Source: an uncultured Nitrososphaerota archaeon
Lineage (GTDB): Archaea; Thermoproteota; Nitrososphaeria; Nitrososphaerales; Gagatemarchaeaceae
DNA: 64,000 nucleotides
NCBI GenBank assembly: GCA_963838925.1
Contig: CAWISW010000002.1
Coordinates: forward strand, 256,001 to 320,000
Direction of reading: 5' to 3'
Below, in pieces: positions 19,442 through 28,481 of the stretch (within the stretch, counting starts at the first letter, position 1; the number at the start of each line of letters is the position of its first letter). The notes beneath the pieces are model-generated. The model searched no databases, was not told the DNA's origin, and saw only the letters and a list, made by a program, of their open reading frames with translations. The translations under genes and the position numbers were made by a program.

Positions 19442-20685
19442 CTCGATCTCGACTCTCCCTTGGCAGCCGGCGCCCCCATCATCGCCTCCCTCACGAGGCC
19501 GCACGCTCGCTCCGCCTGCTCGGCCGAGACGAATACCCTCACGGAGGAAAGGATGGTGACTATCCCGTACACGTTTATCGAAGCGTGCGCCAGCGGCCGG
19601 GTTATCCTCTGGACGACGCCCTTCTCCGTCTCGAGCGCCGCCCCCTTCACGGTGATCATCGACAGGCGGGGGAACTCGGAGACCGCCTTCCCTATCTTGT
19701 CCTCCACCAGCACCTTGTGGACCGCCTCGAGGACGTTCTCGCCTCCTCCCACGTAGAATATCGCCGCGTTGGCCTCGAGCGAAAGGGCGAGCATCTCCCC
19801 GCGCGCCTGCCTGACCGCGCTGACCGCGCGGATAATGGACTCTGCCTTCTCAGGGTTCAGGCCCACGAACGTTATCATCGAGACGCCCTGGCCTAGGAGC
19901 TCCACTTGGACCGGGGATAGCTCTCCCTTGATGACCGTGCCCGAATCGAGCCTGTCGAGGTTCGTCACCCTGATCCTGAGGCCTGATGACTGGTACCTTA
20001 GCGCCTTCACGTGGAGGAACTTGGCGCCGCCTGCGGCGAGCATCTCAGCCTCCTCACCGTTCAGGCTCTCGATGAACTGCGGGTTGGTGACCTTGTCGGG
20101 GTCGCTGGAGTACACCCCCTCGACGTCCTTGACCAGTATGACCTCGTTAGCGCCCAGGCAGTTGCCGAGCAGCACCGCCGTCGTGTCGCTACCGCCTCTT
20201 CCCAGGGTCGTGGTCTTCCCGCGAATCGTCTTCCCCAGGAACCCGCATACGACCGGGACCTTGCCCGCGGCAAGCAGGGGGAGTATGAGCTGCTGGGTCT
20301 TTGCCCGGCTCTCCTCAACCAGAGGGTTCGCGTCGAGGTGCCTGTCGTCCGTGATGACGGGCCAGTACGGCGTGTCGGGGTCGACTATCACGGACTGCAG
20401 GCCGTGTGACGCGAGCGCCGCGGCTACCAGTCGAGCGCTCGTCTTCTCTCCGGAGGAGAGGAGCTCGTCGAGGAGGTGGGGCTCGATCTCCGGGTTCTCC
20501 TTCTTGGAGAGCGCCATGATCTGGTCGGTTACCCCCTTCATAGCGGAGACTACGACAACGACGCCAAGCCCCTTCCCCTTCGTCTCCTTGATCAGGGACG
20601 CCACTTGGTCGACGGCCTTCTCGTCCTCTAGGACGGACCCGCCGAACTTCACGACGACTGTCTCTAACATCTTAGTTGTGCTCAT
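19438..20685 (-). CDS. lysC: Aspartate kinase with ACT domains
   Basis: VKFGGS, VVSAM, SSGE, TLGRGGSDTTA, KDVEGV..DP. Confidence 0.94.
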   Translation of the reverse strand: MSTTKMLETVVVKFGGSVLEDEKAVDQVASLIKETKGKGLGVVVVVSAMKGVTDQIMALSKKENPEIEPHLLDELLSSGEKTSARLVAAALASHGLQSVIVDPDTPYWPVITDDRHLDANPLVEESRAKTQQLILPLLAAGKVPVVCGFLGKTIRGKTTTLGRGGSDTTAVLLGNCLGANEVILVKDVEGVYSSDPDKVTNPQFIESLNGEEAEMLAAGGAKFLHVKALRYQSSGLRIRVTNLDRLDSGTVIKGELSPVQVELLGQGVSMITFVGLNPEKAESIIRAVSAVRQARGEMLALSLEANAAIFYVGGGENVLEAVHKVLVEDKIGKAVSEFPRLSMITVKGAALETEKGVVQRITRPLAHASINVYGIVTILSSVRVFVSAEQAERACGLVREAMMGAPAAKGESRSR

Positions 20686-20733
20686 GGTGCAAGACGCTCC
20701 AGCTGATTTTCGCGGAAAGGACTAGAGCGCGAA

Positions 20734-20808
20734 CTAGTAGCGAAAACCGAAGATGGGCTTCTGATAGCTGAGATGCGGATAAACTGAACCGCCTCGTTGA
20801 AGCCTCAT
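20734..20808 (-). CDS. Phe/Tyr-rich leader peptide (MRLQRGGSVYPHLSYQKPIFGFRY)
   Basis: 24-codon ORF between the TATA-like box (20839-20847) and lysC; 5 Phe/Tyr codons, ending FGFRY-stop. Confidence 0.55.
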   Translation of the reverse strand: MRLQRGGSVYPHLSYQKPIFGFRY

Positions 20809-20838
20809 CTTTTCTCGGACAAAACCGCCCCCGAATCG

Positions 20839-20847
20839 ATATTTATG
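20839..20847 (-). promoter_or_regulatory. TATA-like box of the aromatic operon
   Basis: CATAAATAT on the minus strand, about 30 nt upstream of the leader ATG. Confidence 0.45.
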
Positions 20848-21036
20848 CGTTGCTGAAGAAAACCTGCGATGGCACGAAAGCACCTATCGGAAACGTAGGC
20901 GAGCCCGGTCCCGCAACGAATCCGTCGCGTAAGTCATTGCAACCGATACAAATTCGATAATTCTGTTGCCAATATATTAAATAGTGGAGTGGCGAGGAGC
21001 AAAAAAAGCCTCGCGGTCAAGGTGGTGTTTGGTAGA

Positions 21037-22599
21037 ATGGTCGTAGCCGTTGTGTTCTCCCCAGTGGCCGACGTAATCCTCGGAGTCTCCGTCCTGCTCA
21101 GCTTCTCCTTCTTCATCTACGGGATCAACACGCTGCACCTGACGAGGAGGGCGCGGCGCTACATCCAGCCCTCGCAGAACGGGATGACCTCGAGGCCTGC
21201 CGTCGCGGTCCACCTCCCGGTCTACAACGAGTTCTACGTCGCGGACAGGCTCCTCAGCGCCTGCGCGAAGATGGCCGACCACTACGGGCGGGGCTTGGTG
21301 AGGGTCTGCGTCATCGACGACTCGGACGACGAGACCCGCGAGAAGCTCGACGCGCTGTCGAAGAGCTACATGGAGCAGGGCTACAACGTCGAGATACTCC
21401 GCCGTGGGACGAGGGCGGGTTTCAAGGCGGGCGCCCTCCAGGCGGCGCTCGAGAAGACGACCGAGCCCTTCGTGGCGGTCTTCGACGCTGACTTCGCCCC
21501 GAGCGAGGACTTCCTCGATCGGACGGTGCCATTCATGCTCCAGGACGACAAGGTCGGGTTCGTCCAGTGCAGGTGGGCGCACTTCGACAGGGGATACAAC
21601 ATGATCACCGAGACCCTCGCCATAGGCATCGACGCGCACTTCCTCCTCGAGCAGCCGGGCCGCTGGAGCAGCGGGTACATGATGAACTTCAACGGCAGCG
21701 CCGGGCTGCTCAGGACCTCGGCCATACTGGGCGCCGGAGGCTGGAACTCGGACACCCTCGCCGAGGACCTCGACCTGAGCTACCGCATGCAGCTCTCAGG
21801 ATACAAGCCGGTCTACCTCAAGGACGTGAAGGTCCCGGCGGAGCTACCGCCTACTATAACGAGCCTCAAGCGGCAGCAGGGCCGCTGGGCGAGGGGCTCC
21901 ATACAGACCGCCCGCAAGGTCTGGCCGAGCGTCTACGCCTCAAAGAAGCTCTCCGTCCGGCAAAAGTTCGAGGCGTTCGTGCACCTCACCTACTACATGG
22001 TGCACCCCCTGATGGTCGCCTCGTTCGTGCTCGCCCTCCTGGCGACATTCCTGAACGTGAACGTCATCAACTATGCAGTCCACGTCACCGTCCCCACCCC
22101 CGGGGCCTTGATCGGCTCTCCCGCGCAGATGACCGTGGCCATAGTGCCGTGGGCGATATTCGCTCTGATGATCGTGCTATCGACCCTCGCCGTGCTCTAC
22201 TACTGCATCGAGGCCGTGAGGGTGCAGCACCTCGGTCTCCTCAGCAACGTCAAGCAGATCCTTCTGCTCGTCATCCTCGGATACGGGATCAGCGTCAGCA
22301 ACTCCGTGAGCGCGCTCTCGGGCCTCCTTTCGAGCAAGACCGGGACGTTCCTCAGGACGCCGAAGTACGCGATCACCAGCAAGACCGGCACGTGGAAGGA
22401 GAAGAAGTACCAGCTCACCCTGAACAGAGAGACCGCCTTCGAGATGCTGGCGACGGTCGTCGGCATCATAGCGATAATCTATGCCGCGGCCCTCGGCAAC
22501 CTGGGCATACTCCCGATACTCGCGGTGTACGTCACCGGGTACCTCCTGGTGCTCTTCCTTACGCTCTCCCAGTCGGTCTCAAAGCAGCTGCTGAACTAA
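21037..22599 (+). CDS. Processive GT2 glycosyltransferase (cellulose synthase-like)
   Basis: LPVYNE, DDSDD, KAGAL, FDADF, LAEDLD, QQGRWARG (D,D,D,QxxRW), C-terminal TM helices; start uncertain (20989 or 21037). Confidence 0.9.
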   Translation: MVVAVVFSPVADVILGVSVLLSFSFFIYGINTLHLTRRARRYIQPSQNGMTSRPAVAVHLPVYNEFYVADRLLSACAKMADHYGRGLVRVCVIDDSDDETREKLDALSKSYMEQGYNVEILRRGTRAGFKAGALQAALEKTTEPFVAVFDADFAPSEDFLDRTVPFMLQDDKVGFVQCRWAHFDRGYNMITETLAIGIDAHFLLEQPGRWSSGYMMNFNGSAGLLRTSAILGAGGWNSDTLAEDLDLSYRMQLSGYKPVYLKDVKVPAELPPTITSLKRQQGRWARGSIQTARKVWPSVYASKKLSVRQKFEAFVHLTYYMVHPLMVASFVLALLATFLNVNVINYAVHVTVPTPGALIGSPAQMTVAIVPWAIFALMIVLSTLAVLYYCIEAVRVQHLGLLSNVKQILLLVILGYGISVSNSVSALSGLLSSKTGTFLRTPKYAITSKTGTWKEKKYQLTLNRETAFEMLATVVGIIAIIYAAALGNLGILPILAVYVTGYLLVLFLTLSQSVSKQLLN

Positions 22600-23570
22600 G
22601 AAACTGGCCCGAAGCGCTCTCGCGCCGATATCCTGCCCTCCCGCCGGAGTATGAGGATCACGAACCCGACTATCCAAGGTATGAAGATGAGCTCTCCGAC
22701 GACGGAGTGGAACGCCTCGAACGCCTTCTCGTTTGTGATGTTGCTCATCGCGTACTCCGCGAGGAGCACCAGCCGGAGCACGTTCACAAGGAACGAACCC
22801 AGCGCGCCCACCGCGAGATAGAGCGCCCCCCTCGACCACCCGGTGCCCACCTTGACGCAGATGGCGAGGACGACCAGGAGCCCGATCACGATGCCGTCGA
22901 GGCCCGCGGAGGGCCAGAAGACCTGGAGCCTCATCGACCCTAGGCTGTTCTGGAGCGTCAAGATGTTCCCCTGCGAGTGCGCCGCCCCCGGGCTGAAGAG
23001 GTCCAGAGTCCGCGCCACGACCTGAAGGACGGGCGGCACAACGTACCCGAAGGGGCCAAGCGTGTTCTCGGGCAGGATGACGTCGATGAAGAGGAAGGAG
23101 GCCATCCCTACCGTGTAGATCAGCGGAGTGATGATCTTGGCACCCCGGTCTAGGAGCAGGAGCGAAACGAGGAACACCGAGGTCACGGCGTAGTCGATTC
23201 CCCATACCCAGCTGAACTGGACTATCGCGGGGTCGACCCCCAGGCTGGTGCCCAGAGAAACGATCGAGTTGAAGACGGCGGGCTGCGCGAAGGCGAAGTA
23301 GTAGACGGCTGCCGCGCCCACAGTCGCCCATGCGAAGAGCGCGCTCCTTCTCCCAAGTGGAGCGAACGACTTGCGCCCCGCCTCGAGGAAGACCAGCGGC
23401 ACTATAGCGAGCATCGCAGACCTCCCTTGGTTCCATGCCCGGGTGAAGCTGTAGGGGTCGGCGAGGAACGCGACGAGCACCAAGATGACGAAGTAACCCA
23501 GATACGGCGTCCCTGCAGCTCTTGTCCTAAAACGGACCAAGAAGTTCGAACTGCTCAAACCAAAGGACAC
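22596..23570 (-). CDS. Thaumarchaeosortase (archaeosortase/exosortase family)
   Basis: Multi-TM; WNQGR, VFWPSAG (Ser at the usual Cys position), NVLR, FHSVVGE. Confidence 0.85.
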   Translation of the reverse strand: MSFGLSSSNFLVRFRTRAAGTPYLGYFVILVLVAFLADPYSFTRAWNQGRSAMLAIVPLVFLEAGRKSFAPLGRRSALFAWATVGAAAVYYFAFAQPAVFNSIVSLGTSLGVDPAIVQFSWVWGIDYAVTSVFLVSLLLLDRGAKIITPLIYTVGMASFLFIDVILPENTLGPFGYVVPPVLQVVARTLDLFSPGAAHSQGNILTLQNSLGSMRLQVFWPSAGLDGIVIGLLVVLAICVKVGTGWSRGALYLAVGALGSFLVNVLRLVLLAEYAMSNITNEKAFEAFHSVVGELIFIPWIVGFVILILRREGRISARERFGPVS

Positions 23571-23710
23571 CGGCGAGATACCATAACGACCACTCCGAAA
23601 ACGCTTCGGTTTGTTGATTCCTGTTCCGCAGCATCAGCAGCACTGGGACGTTGATCCAGCTCTTCTTGCCATTCTTTCCGCGAGGAAAGCCAGGTGTCCT
23701 CTTGTGCAGG

Positions 23711-24382
23711 CTAGCCTGCCTGTGCTTCCAGAGTCAGGGTCCCCGAGTAAGGGGTCGGGGAAGCCGTCACATTGACTGTGAGAATGGTCTCCATACCTCC
23801 GTTCGAGGTTACGTCCGCCGCTCCGTCGGTGCATATGAACCCGCAGGCCGCAAACTGAACAGGTAGAGACGGCGTCGTGCCCGTCACCATGAAGCCAGGA
23901 GTCAAGGAAATCACCGATGTCACTTGCGCAGGACAACCGGACGAGCAATCCTGATAGACGAGGCCGAAAACGACATCGAATGTCTCTCCGGGATACCCGT
24001 CGAACGTGCTTCTATCGGCGACAGAGGAGGAGTTGCTCGTAGGAGCCTGATAACCGGGCCCAATCACGTCCGCGAACATGTTCGTGATTGTCAGCCCGCC
24101 TGACGACCGTCCCGATGTCGTCGCCTCAGAGGTCGCTTGAGAGTTGGAGGTGGAGCTTGAGACGGGCGTGGGCCTCCTTGGGACGACGAAGTACGCTGCA
24201 GCCGCCGCACCAACAACAATCAAGCTCAACGCGATGGCGATTGCCACGATTGGTCTGCGGCTACTTGCCTTGGATTCCAAACTCGATAACGGAATCGTCT
24301 GGGGAGATATACGCGTTCTGCGTCCCCTTTCTAGTCTTCTTTGCGCAACGGTCGGGAGCTCGAAAAGCCTGTGGCCATTCAA
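23711..24382 (-). CDS. Membrane-anchored Ser/Thr-rich hypothetical protein
   Basis: One TM helix, S/T linker, beta-rich domain with CSSGC and CGFIC; true start probably downstream of 24382. Confidence 0.6.
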   Translation of the reverse strand: MNGHRLFELPTVAQRRLERGRRTRISPQTIPLSSLESKASSRRPIVAIAIALSLIVVGAAAAAYFVVPRRPTPVSSSTSNSQATSEATTSGRSSGGLTITNMFADVIGPGYQAPTSNSSSVADRSTFDGYPGETFDVVFGLVYQDCSSGCPAQVTSVISLTPGFMVTGTTPSLPVQFAACGFICTDGAADVTSNGGMETILTVNVTASPTPYSGTLTLEAQAG

Positions 24383-24438
24383 CGCTCGTTCGCCATATTA
24401 ATATGCGCCGGAGAAAAGAGCCTCTGGGTGCTGATTGG

Positions 24439-25371
24439 GTGAGTAGGGACGCCTGGAGAGGCAGGGACGTCATCAGCATCTTGGACTTTTCACGCTCAGA
24501 GCTCGAGTCGCTCTTCGACGCGGCAAACGCGTTCGTGGGGCCGCCAAAGCCTCGCAACGACCTCTCCGACTACATCGTAGCGACCGCGTTCTTCGAGCCC
24601 AGCACAAGGACGAGGCTCAGCTTCACGACCGCGGCCCTCAGACTGGGCGCCAAGGTGATCGACCTCTCCCCGGACGTGTCGTCGATACTCAAGGGAGAGA
24701 GCCTCCACGACACGACCATGATGCTGGAAGGGTACTCCGACCTGATCGTCATGCGGCATCCCTCGGAGGGGGCGGCCCTCCTCGCCGCTGAGCTCAGCTC
24801 CGTCCCGGTCGTCAACGGCGGCGACGGCTCTCAGCACCACCCCTCCCAGGCGATGCTCGACCTCTTCACGGTCCGCAGGCTGAAGGGGAAGATAGACGGG
24901 CTGACCTACACGGTGCTGGGAGACAACAGGTACGCGAGGAGCGCGACGTCGTTCCTCTACGGCCTGACCAAGTTCAAGCCAAAGATGGTGTACATCGTCT
25001 CCCCCGAGACGCTGCGCCCCAGGGACGAGATCGTCAAGCAGCTCAAGGGCCTCGGGCTGCGCTTCGAGCTCCGCTCCGACCTCGAGCAGGTGATCGGGAG
25101 CACCGACGTTCTCTACCTCACGAGGATCCAGAAGGAGCGCTTCCCAGACCCTAACGACTACGAGAAGGTGAAGGGGAGCTACAAGCTCACGAAGGACGTC
25201 CTCTCGAGGGGCAAGGGCGGCTTCATCGTCCTCCACCCGCTGCCCAGGTCCACCGAGCTGCCCTACGACGTCGACTCCGACAAGTCGGCGGCCTACATGA
25301 CCCAGGCTCACCTCGGCGTCCCGCTGAGGATGGCGCTCCTCCTCAAGATCATAGGCGGAGGCAAGTCCTGA
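24439..25371 (+). CDS. pyrB: Aspartate carbamoyltransferase catalytic subunit
   Basis: FFEPSTRTRLSF, KGESL, NGGDG..HPSQ, TRIQKERF, HPLPR. Confidence 0.96.
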   Translation: MSRDAWRGRDVISILDFSRSELESLFDAANAFVGPPKPRNDLSDYIVATAFFEPSTRTRLSFTTAALRLGAKVIDLSPDVSSILKGESLHDTTMMLEGYSDLIVMRHPSEGAALLAAELSSVPVVNGGDGSQHHPSQAMLDLFTVRRLKGKIDGLTYTVLGDNRYARSATSFLYGLTKFKPKMVYIVSPETLRPRDEIVKQLKGLGLRFELRSDLEQVIGSTDVLYLTRIQKERFPDPNDYEKVKGSYKLTKDVLSRGKGGFIVLHPLPRSTELPYDVDSDKSAAYMTQAHLGVPLRMALLLKIIGGGKS

Positions 25372-25886
25372 TGGGTGTCACCACCGTCTCGCGCAGGGGT
25401 GGCCAGCCGCCCGACGATGACAAGACGACGATGCTGGTCAGGAAGATCCCCGACGGTAGCGTGATCGACCACATCGCCGCCGGAAAGGCGCTCTCCGTCC
25501 TTAGGCTCCTAGGCAACCCCCAGGAGAACGGATTCACCATCGCCATGGTGATGAACGTCAGCAGCTCGAAGATGGGGCGGAAGGACATCGTCAAGGTCGA
25601 GGGGATAGAGCTCTCCCAGGAGCAGGTCCAGAAGTTGGCCCTCATCGCCCCCCGCGCGAGCGTCAACATCGTCCGGTCGTACCGTGTTGTCGCTAAGAGG
25701 AACGCCGTCCCTCCCCGCACGCTACGCGGGATCCTCAACTGCACGGCAACGACCTGCGTCTCTGTCCGCGAGAAGGACTCGGCACCCTCGATCTTCTTCA
25801 TCTCTGGGAGGTCCCCGCTGCGATACCGTTGCAAGTACTGCGGTAGGCCGCTCGACGAGAAGGAAATCTCTGCGCAGCTTGGCTAG
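25371..25886 (+). CDS. pyrI: Aspartate carbamoyltransferase regulatory subunit
   Basis: GSVIDHI, KDIVKVE, CTATTC...CKYC zinc site. Confidence 0.93.
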   Translation: MGVTTVSRRGGQPPDDDKTTMLVRKIPDGSVIDHIAAGKALSVLRLLGNPQENGFTIAMVMNVSSSKMGRKDIVKVEGIELSQEQVQKLALIAPRASVNIVRSYRVVAKRNAVPPRTLRGILNCTATTCVSVREKDSAPSIFFISGRSPLRYRCKYCGRPLDEKEISAQLG

Positions 25887-25894
25887 GAAAACCG

Positions 25895-26305
25895 ATGAAG
25901 ACCCGGGTTTTCACGACTGGCGTCGTGCTCAATCGGGGAAGGTTGCTCATCCTCAAGCGCAAGCCGGACGACGACACCTATCCCGGGGTCTGGGATTGCG
26001 TTGGCGGTCACTTCGAGGAGGGCGAGTCCGCTGAGCAGTGCATGCTTAGGGAGGCTCGGGAGGAGAGCGGGCAGGCCATGAAGATAGTGAGGGTCGGTCC
26101 CCTGATCGAGTATCTCGACGACTACGGCAGAGCCGTGGCGGTCCCGTTCATCCTAAGGCCCGACATCAAGAAGCGCATCGTGCCCACCGAGCACTCCGAG
26201 TTCAAGTGGATCAAGATTGCGGAAGCCAAGGACTACGAGATCGTCCCAGACCTAGCCAAGGCTCTCGGTGTCTTCGGGCTCTTGCGGGCGTCGAAGCACG
26301 GCTGA
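25895..26305 (+). CDS. NUDIX hydrolase
   Basis: GGHFEEGESAEQCMLREAREESG Nudix box. Confidence 0.9.
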   Translation: MKTRVFTTGVVLNRGRLLILKRKPDDDTYPGVWDCVGGHFEEGESAEQCMLREAREESGQAMKIVRVGPLIEYLDDYGRAVAVPFILRPDIKKRIVPTEHSEFKWIKIAEAKDYEIVPDLAKALGVFGLLRASKHG

Positions 26306-26311
26306 GCATGG

Positions 26312-27571
26312 TCAAGGGCTCAGGAGCGGGTCTTCGGTCTTGATGCCCCTCTCCTTGTAGAGGGAATAGAAGTAGTAGATGTTCAGGGCGCAGAATGCCA
26401 TCGCCTGCAGGAAGAGGAGGGCGTTCCTCTCCGGGTTGACAGCCGCGATGATGTTCCCCTCTATCACCAGCACATGAGGATAGACGGGTGAAACGAATCT
26501 CAGGAGCAGGACGTTGTTCGTCACCACCCCGAGCATGATGTCTGCGAGGGACGCAATGAAGAGTCCCTTCCTGTGCGGGCTCCACATCGCCACGTCGATG
26601 AGCATCAGGGCGAAGAGGTAGACGGCGTACTGCTCGTTGACCTGCCCCCTCAGCAAGAGGAAGGTCAGCGTGACCAGCAGCAGGGACTGGACGACTCCTC
26701 TCTCAGTGTCGAAGCCGAACCACTTGTAGGCGAGGACGGTCGCGACCCCCACCGCGGCGATCCAGACGTACCCGGCCGAGGAGTAGAGGCCGAGCCCAGA
26801 GTTGGATATCACCCCGGCGTAGTTGAGGTAGAACACGACCTCCCACAGAGAGAGAGACCATCCGCCCTTCGCCAGGGTGCTCTGCAGCGTGCTCCCGAAG
26901 ACCGAGAACGACCAGCCGGTAAGCCAGACGATCGCCAAGCTCGCCACCACGGGGACGCCCACCGCGAGCGCGAGGTTCCTCAGCGCCTTGGGCCCTCTCG
27001 CGAGGGGGATGGTGTAGATCAGCGGGATGGACTTGGCGAAGGTCGCCAAGCCTGCCCAGACACCTCTGTAGGCGCCTGGGCGGGCGGTGAGGGCGAGGAC
27101 AACGAAGAGCATGGGGATTGCGTCGAACATCCCCCAGATGCCGGAGAGTATGACGTTGAACGGGGAGAAGAGCCACACCTTCAGGACGAACATGGCCTTG
27201 TCTGAGCCCCTCTTCTCCAGGTACCGGTATAGGAAGTACGCCAGGAGGATGTCGCAGACGATGATGGGCTGCTTCAGCAGGAAATAGTAGACGAGGGGGC
27301 TCGGGGACCCTAGGAACGCGTAGACCTGGTACAGCCCGGCGAGGAGGATGGGCCAGAACGGGAGGTACGCGATCGTGGGGTTCCCCCCGGCCGAGATGTC
27401 GTTCACGAAGCTCAACCCGGGCGCGGGGTCGATGTACCCGTAGGGGCTCACTCCCCTCGCCACCCAGTATCCCGTCCTCACCCAGAGCTCAAAGTCGTAG
27501 GGGTGCCCCGTCCAGAAGCTGAAGACCTCCCTGGCGACTATCGCCAGCACCAAGAATGTCCTGACCCTCAA
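26312..27571 (-). CDS. Polytopic GT-C-type glycosyltransferase (GT87/PIG-M-like)
   Basis: TGHPYD, YLP, LLKQP...D, WGMFD, NEQY; many TM helices. Confidence 0.7.
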   Translation of the reverse strand: MRVRTFLVLAIVAREVFSFWTGHPYDFELWVRTGYWVARGVSPYGYIDPAPGLSFVNDISAGGNPTIAYLPFWPILLAGLYQVYAFLGSPSPLVYYFLLKQPIIVCDILLAYFLYRYLEKRGSDKAMFVLKVWLFSPFNVILSGIWGMFDAIPMLFVVLALTARPGAYRGVWAGLATFAKSIPLIYTIPLARGPKALRNLALAVGVPVVASLAIVWLTGWSFSVFGSTLQSTLAKGGWSLSLWEVVFYLNYAGVISNSGLGLYSSAGYVWIAAVGVATVLAYKWFGFDTERGVVQSLLLVTLTFLLLRGQVNEQYAVYLFALMLIDVAMWSPHRKGLFIASLADIMLGVVTNNVLLLRFVSPVYPHVLVIEGNIIAAVNPERNALLFLQAMAFCALNIYYFYSLYKERGIKTEDPLLSP

Positions 27572-27587
27572 CCCATCGCACCCGCGG

Positions 27588-28465
27588 CTATCCCTGCGCC
27601 GGCGGCCGTCCCGCTTCCGGCTCTACGAGGTCTATGATCCGCCCGTACTTCCTTCCGCAGGCCTGGCACGACCCGTTCAGTATCCTCCCTCCGCACCGGC
27701 ACAGCACGTGGGGCTCGGCCCGGGCCGGCCCATGCGTGCGGGGCTTCCTCACCTTGAACCTAAGGAACAGGTTCGTCTTGGCAGGCCAAAGCCTCGAGGT
27801 GCCCACGTCAATCGAGGACAGTGGAGAGAGCCTCTCCAGCCTGATGCCCACCGCGTTGTCGAACAGCCCCACGCCGCGTATCTCCTCCCTGACGAGGGAC
27901 GGGTCCTTGTACTCCTCGAGCCTGGTGGCGTAGATGAGGTGTCCCTGGGGGCCGACCCCGACCACGCCGCCGTCGGGTAGCGCGCTCGTCTTCCTCAGCA
28001 GCCTCTGCGTGACCGCGTTCGGGTCGCTCATGACGAACGTCGCCCCGTCCCTCCCCACGCGCGCGACCTCCGAAAGTAGGGGTGCGGGGTCGGGGATGTG
28101 GTGCATGACCCTGATCAGGGAGATGAAGTCGAACGCGTCGTCCTCGAAGGGCAGGGTCCCGAGCTCGCACCGGACCAAGGTGGTCGACTTCCGCAGCCTC
28201 GCGGAGGCCGCCATGAGGTTCCTCTTCGAGTAGTCGAGCATGAAGACGTCGCGGTAGAGCGGCTCCAGTACGCGCGTCACCCTCCCGAACCCCCCGCCTA
28301 GGTCGAGGCACGACTCTCCCCCGGCCGGGCCCACCTGTAGACCAGCATCCTCTCCGCGGCGTCTGCTATCCCCCTCCCGAGCCAGACAGAATAGAAGTCG
28401 TAGTTTTCGTAGTCCGGGATCTGGCTTCCTCGGTCGGCGGCGACGAGCGCCTCCCTGGAGTTCAT
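27588..28465 (-). pseudogene. Class I SAM methyltransferase with C-terminal Zn ribbon, 1-nt frameshift at C5 run 28318-28322
   Basis: ATG 28465 frame MNSREA..PDYENYDFYSVW..AERMLVYRW stops shortly after the run; CLDLGGGFGR continues in the other frame; CRCG..CQAC at the end. Confidence 0.75.
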
Positions 28466-28481
28466 GCCCCGGACGCCAGCC

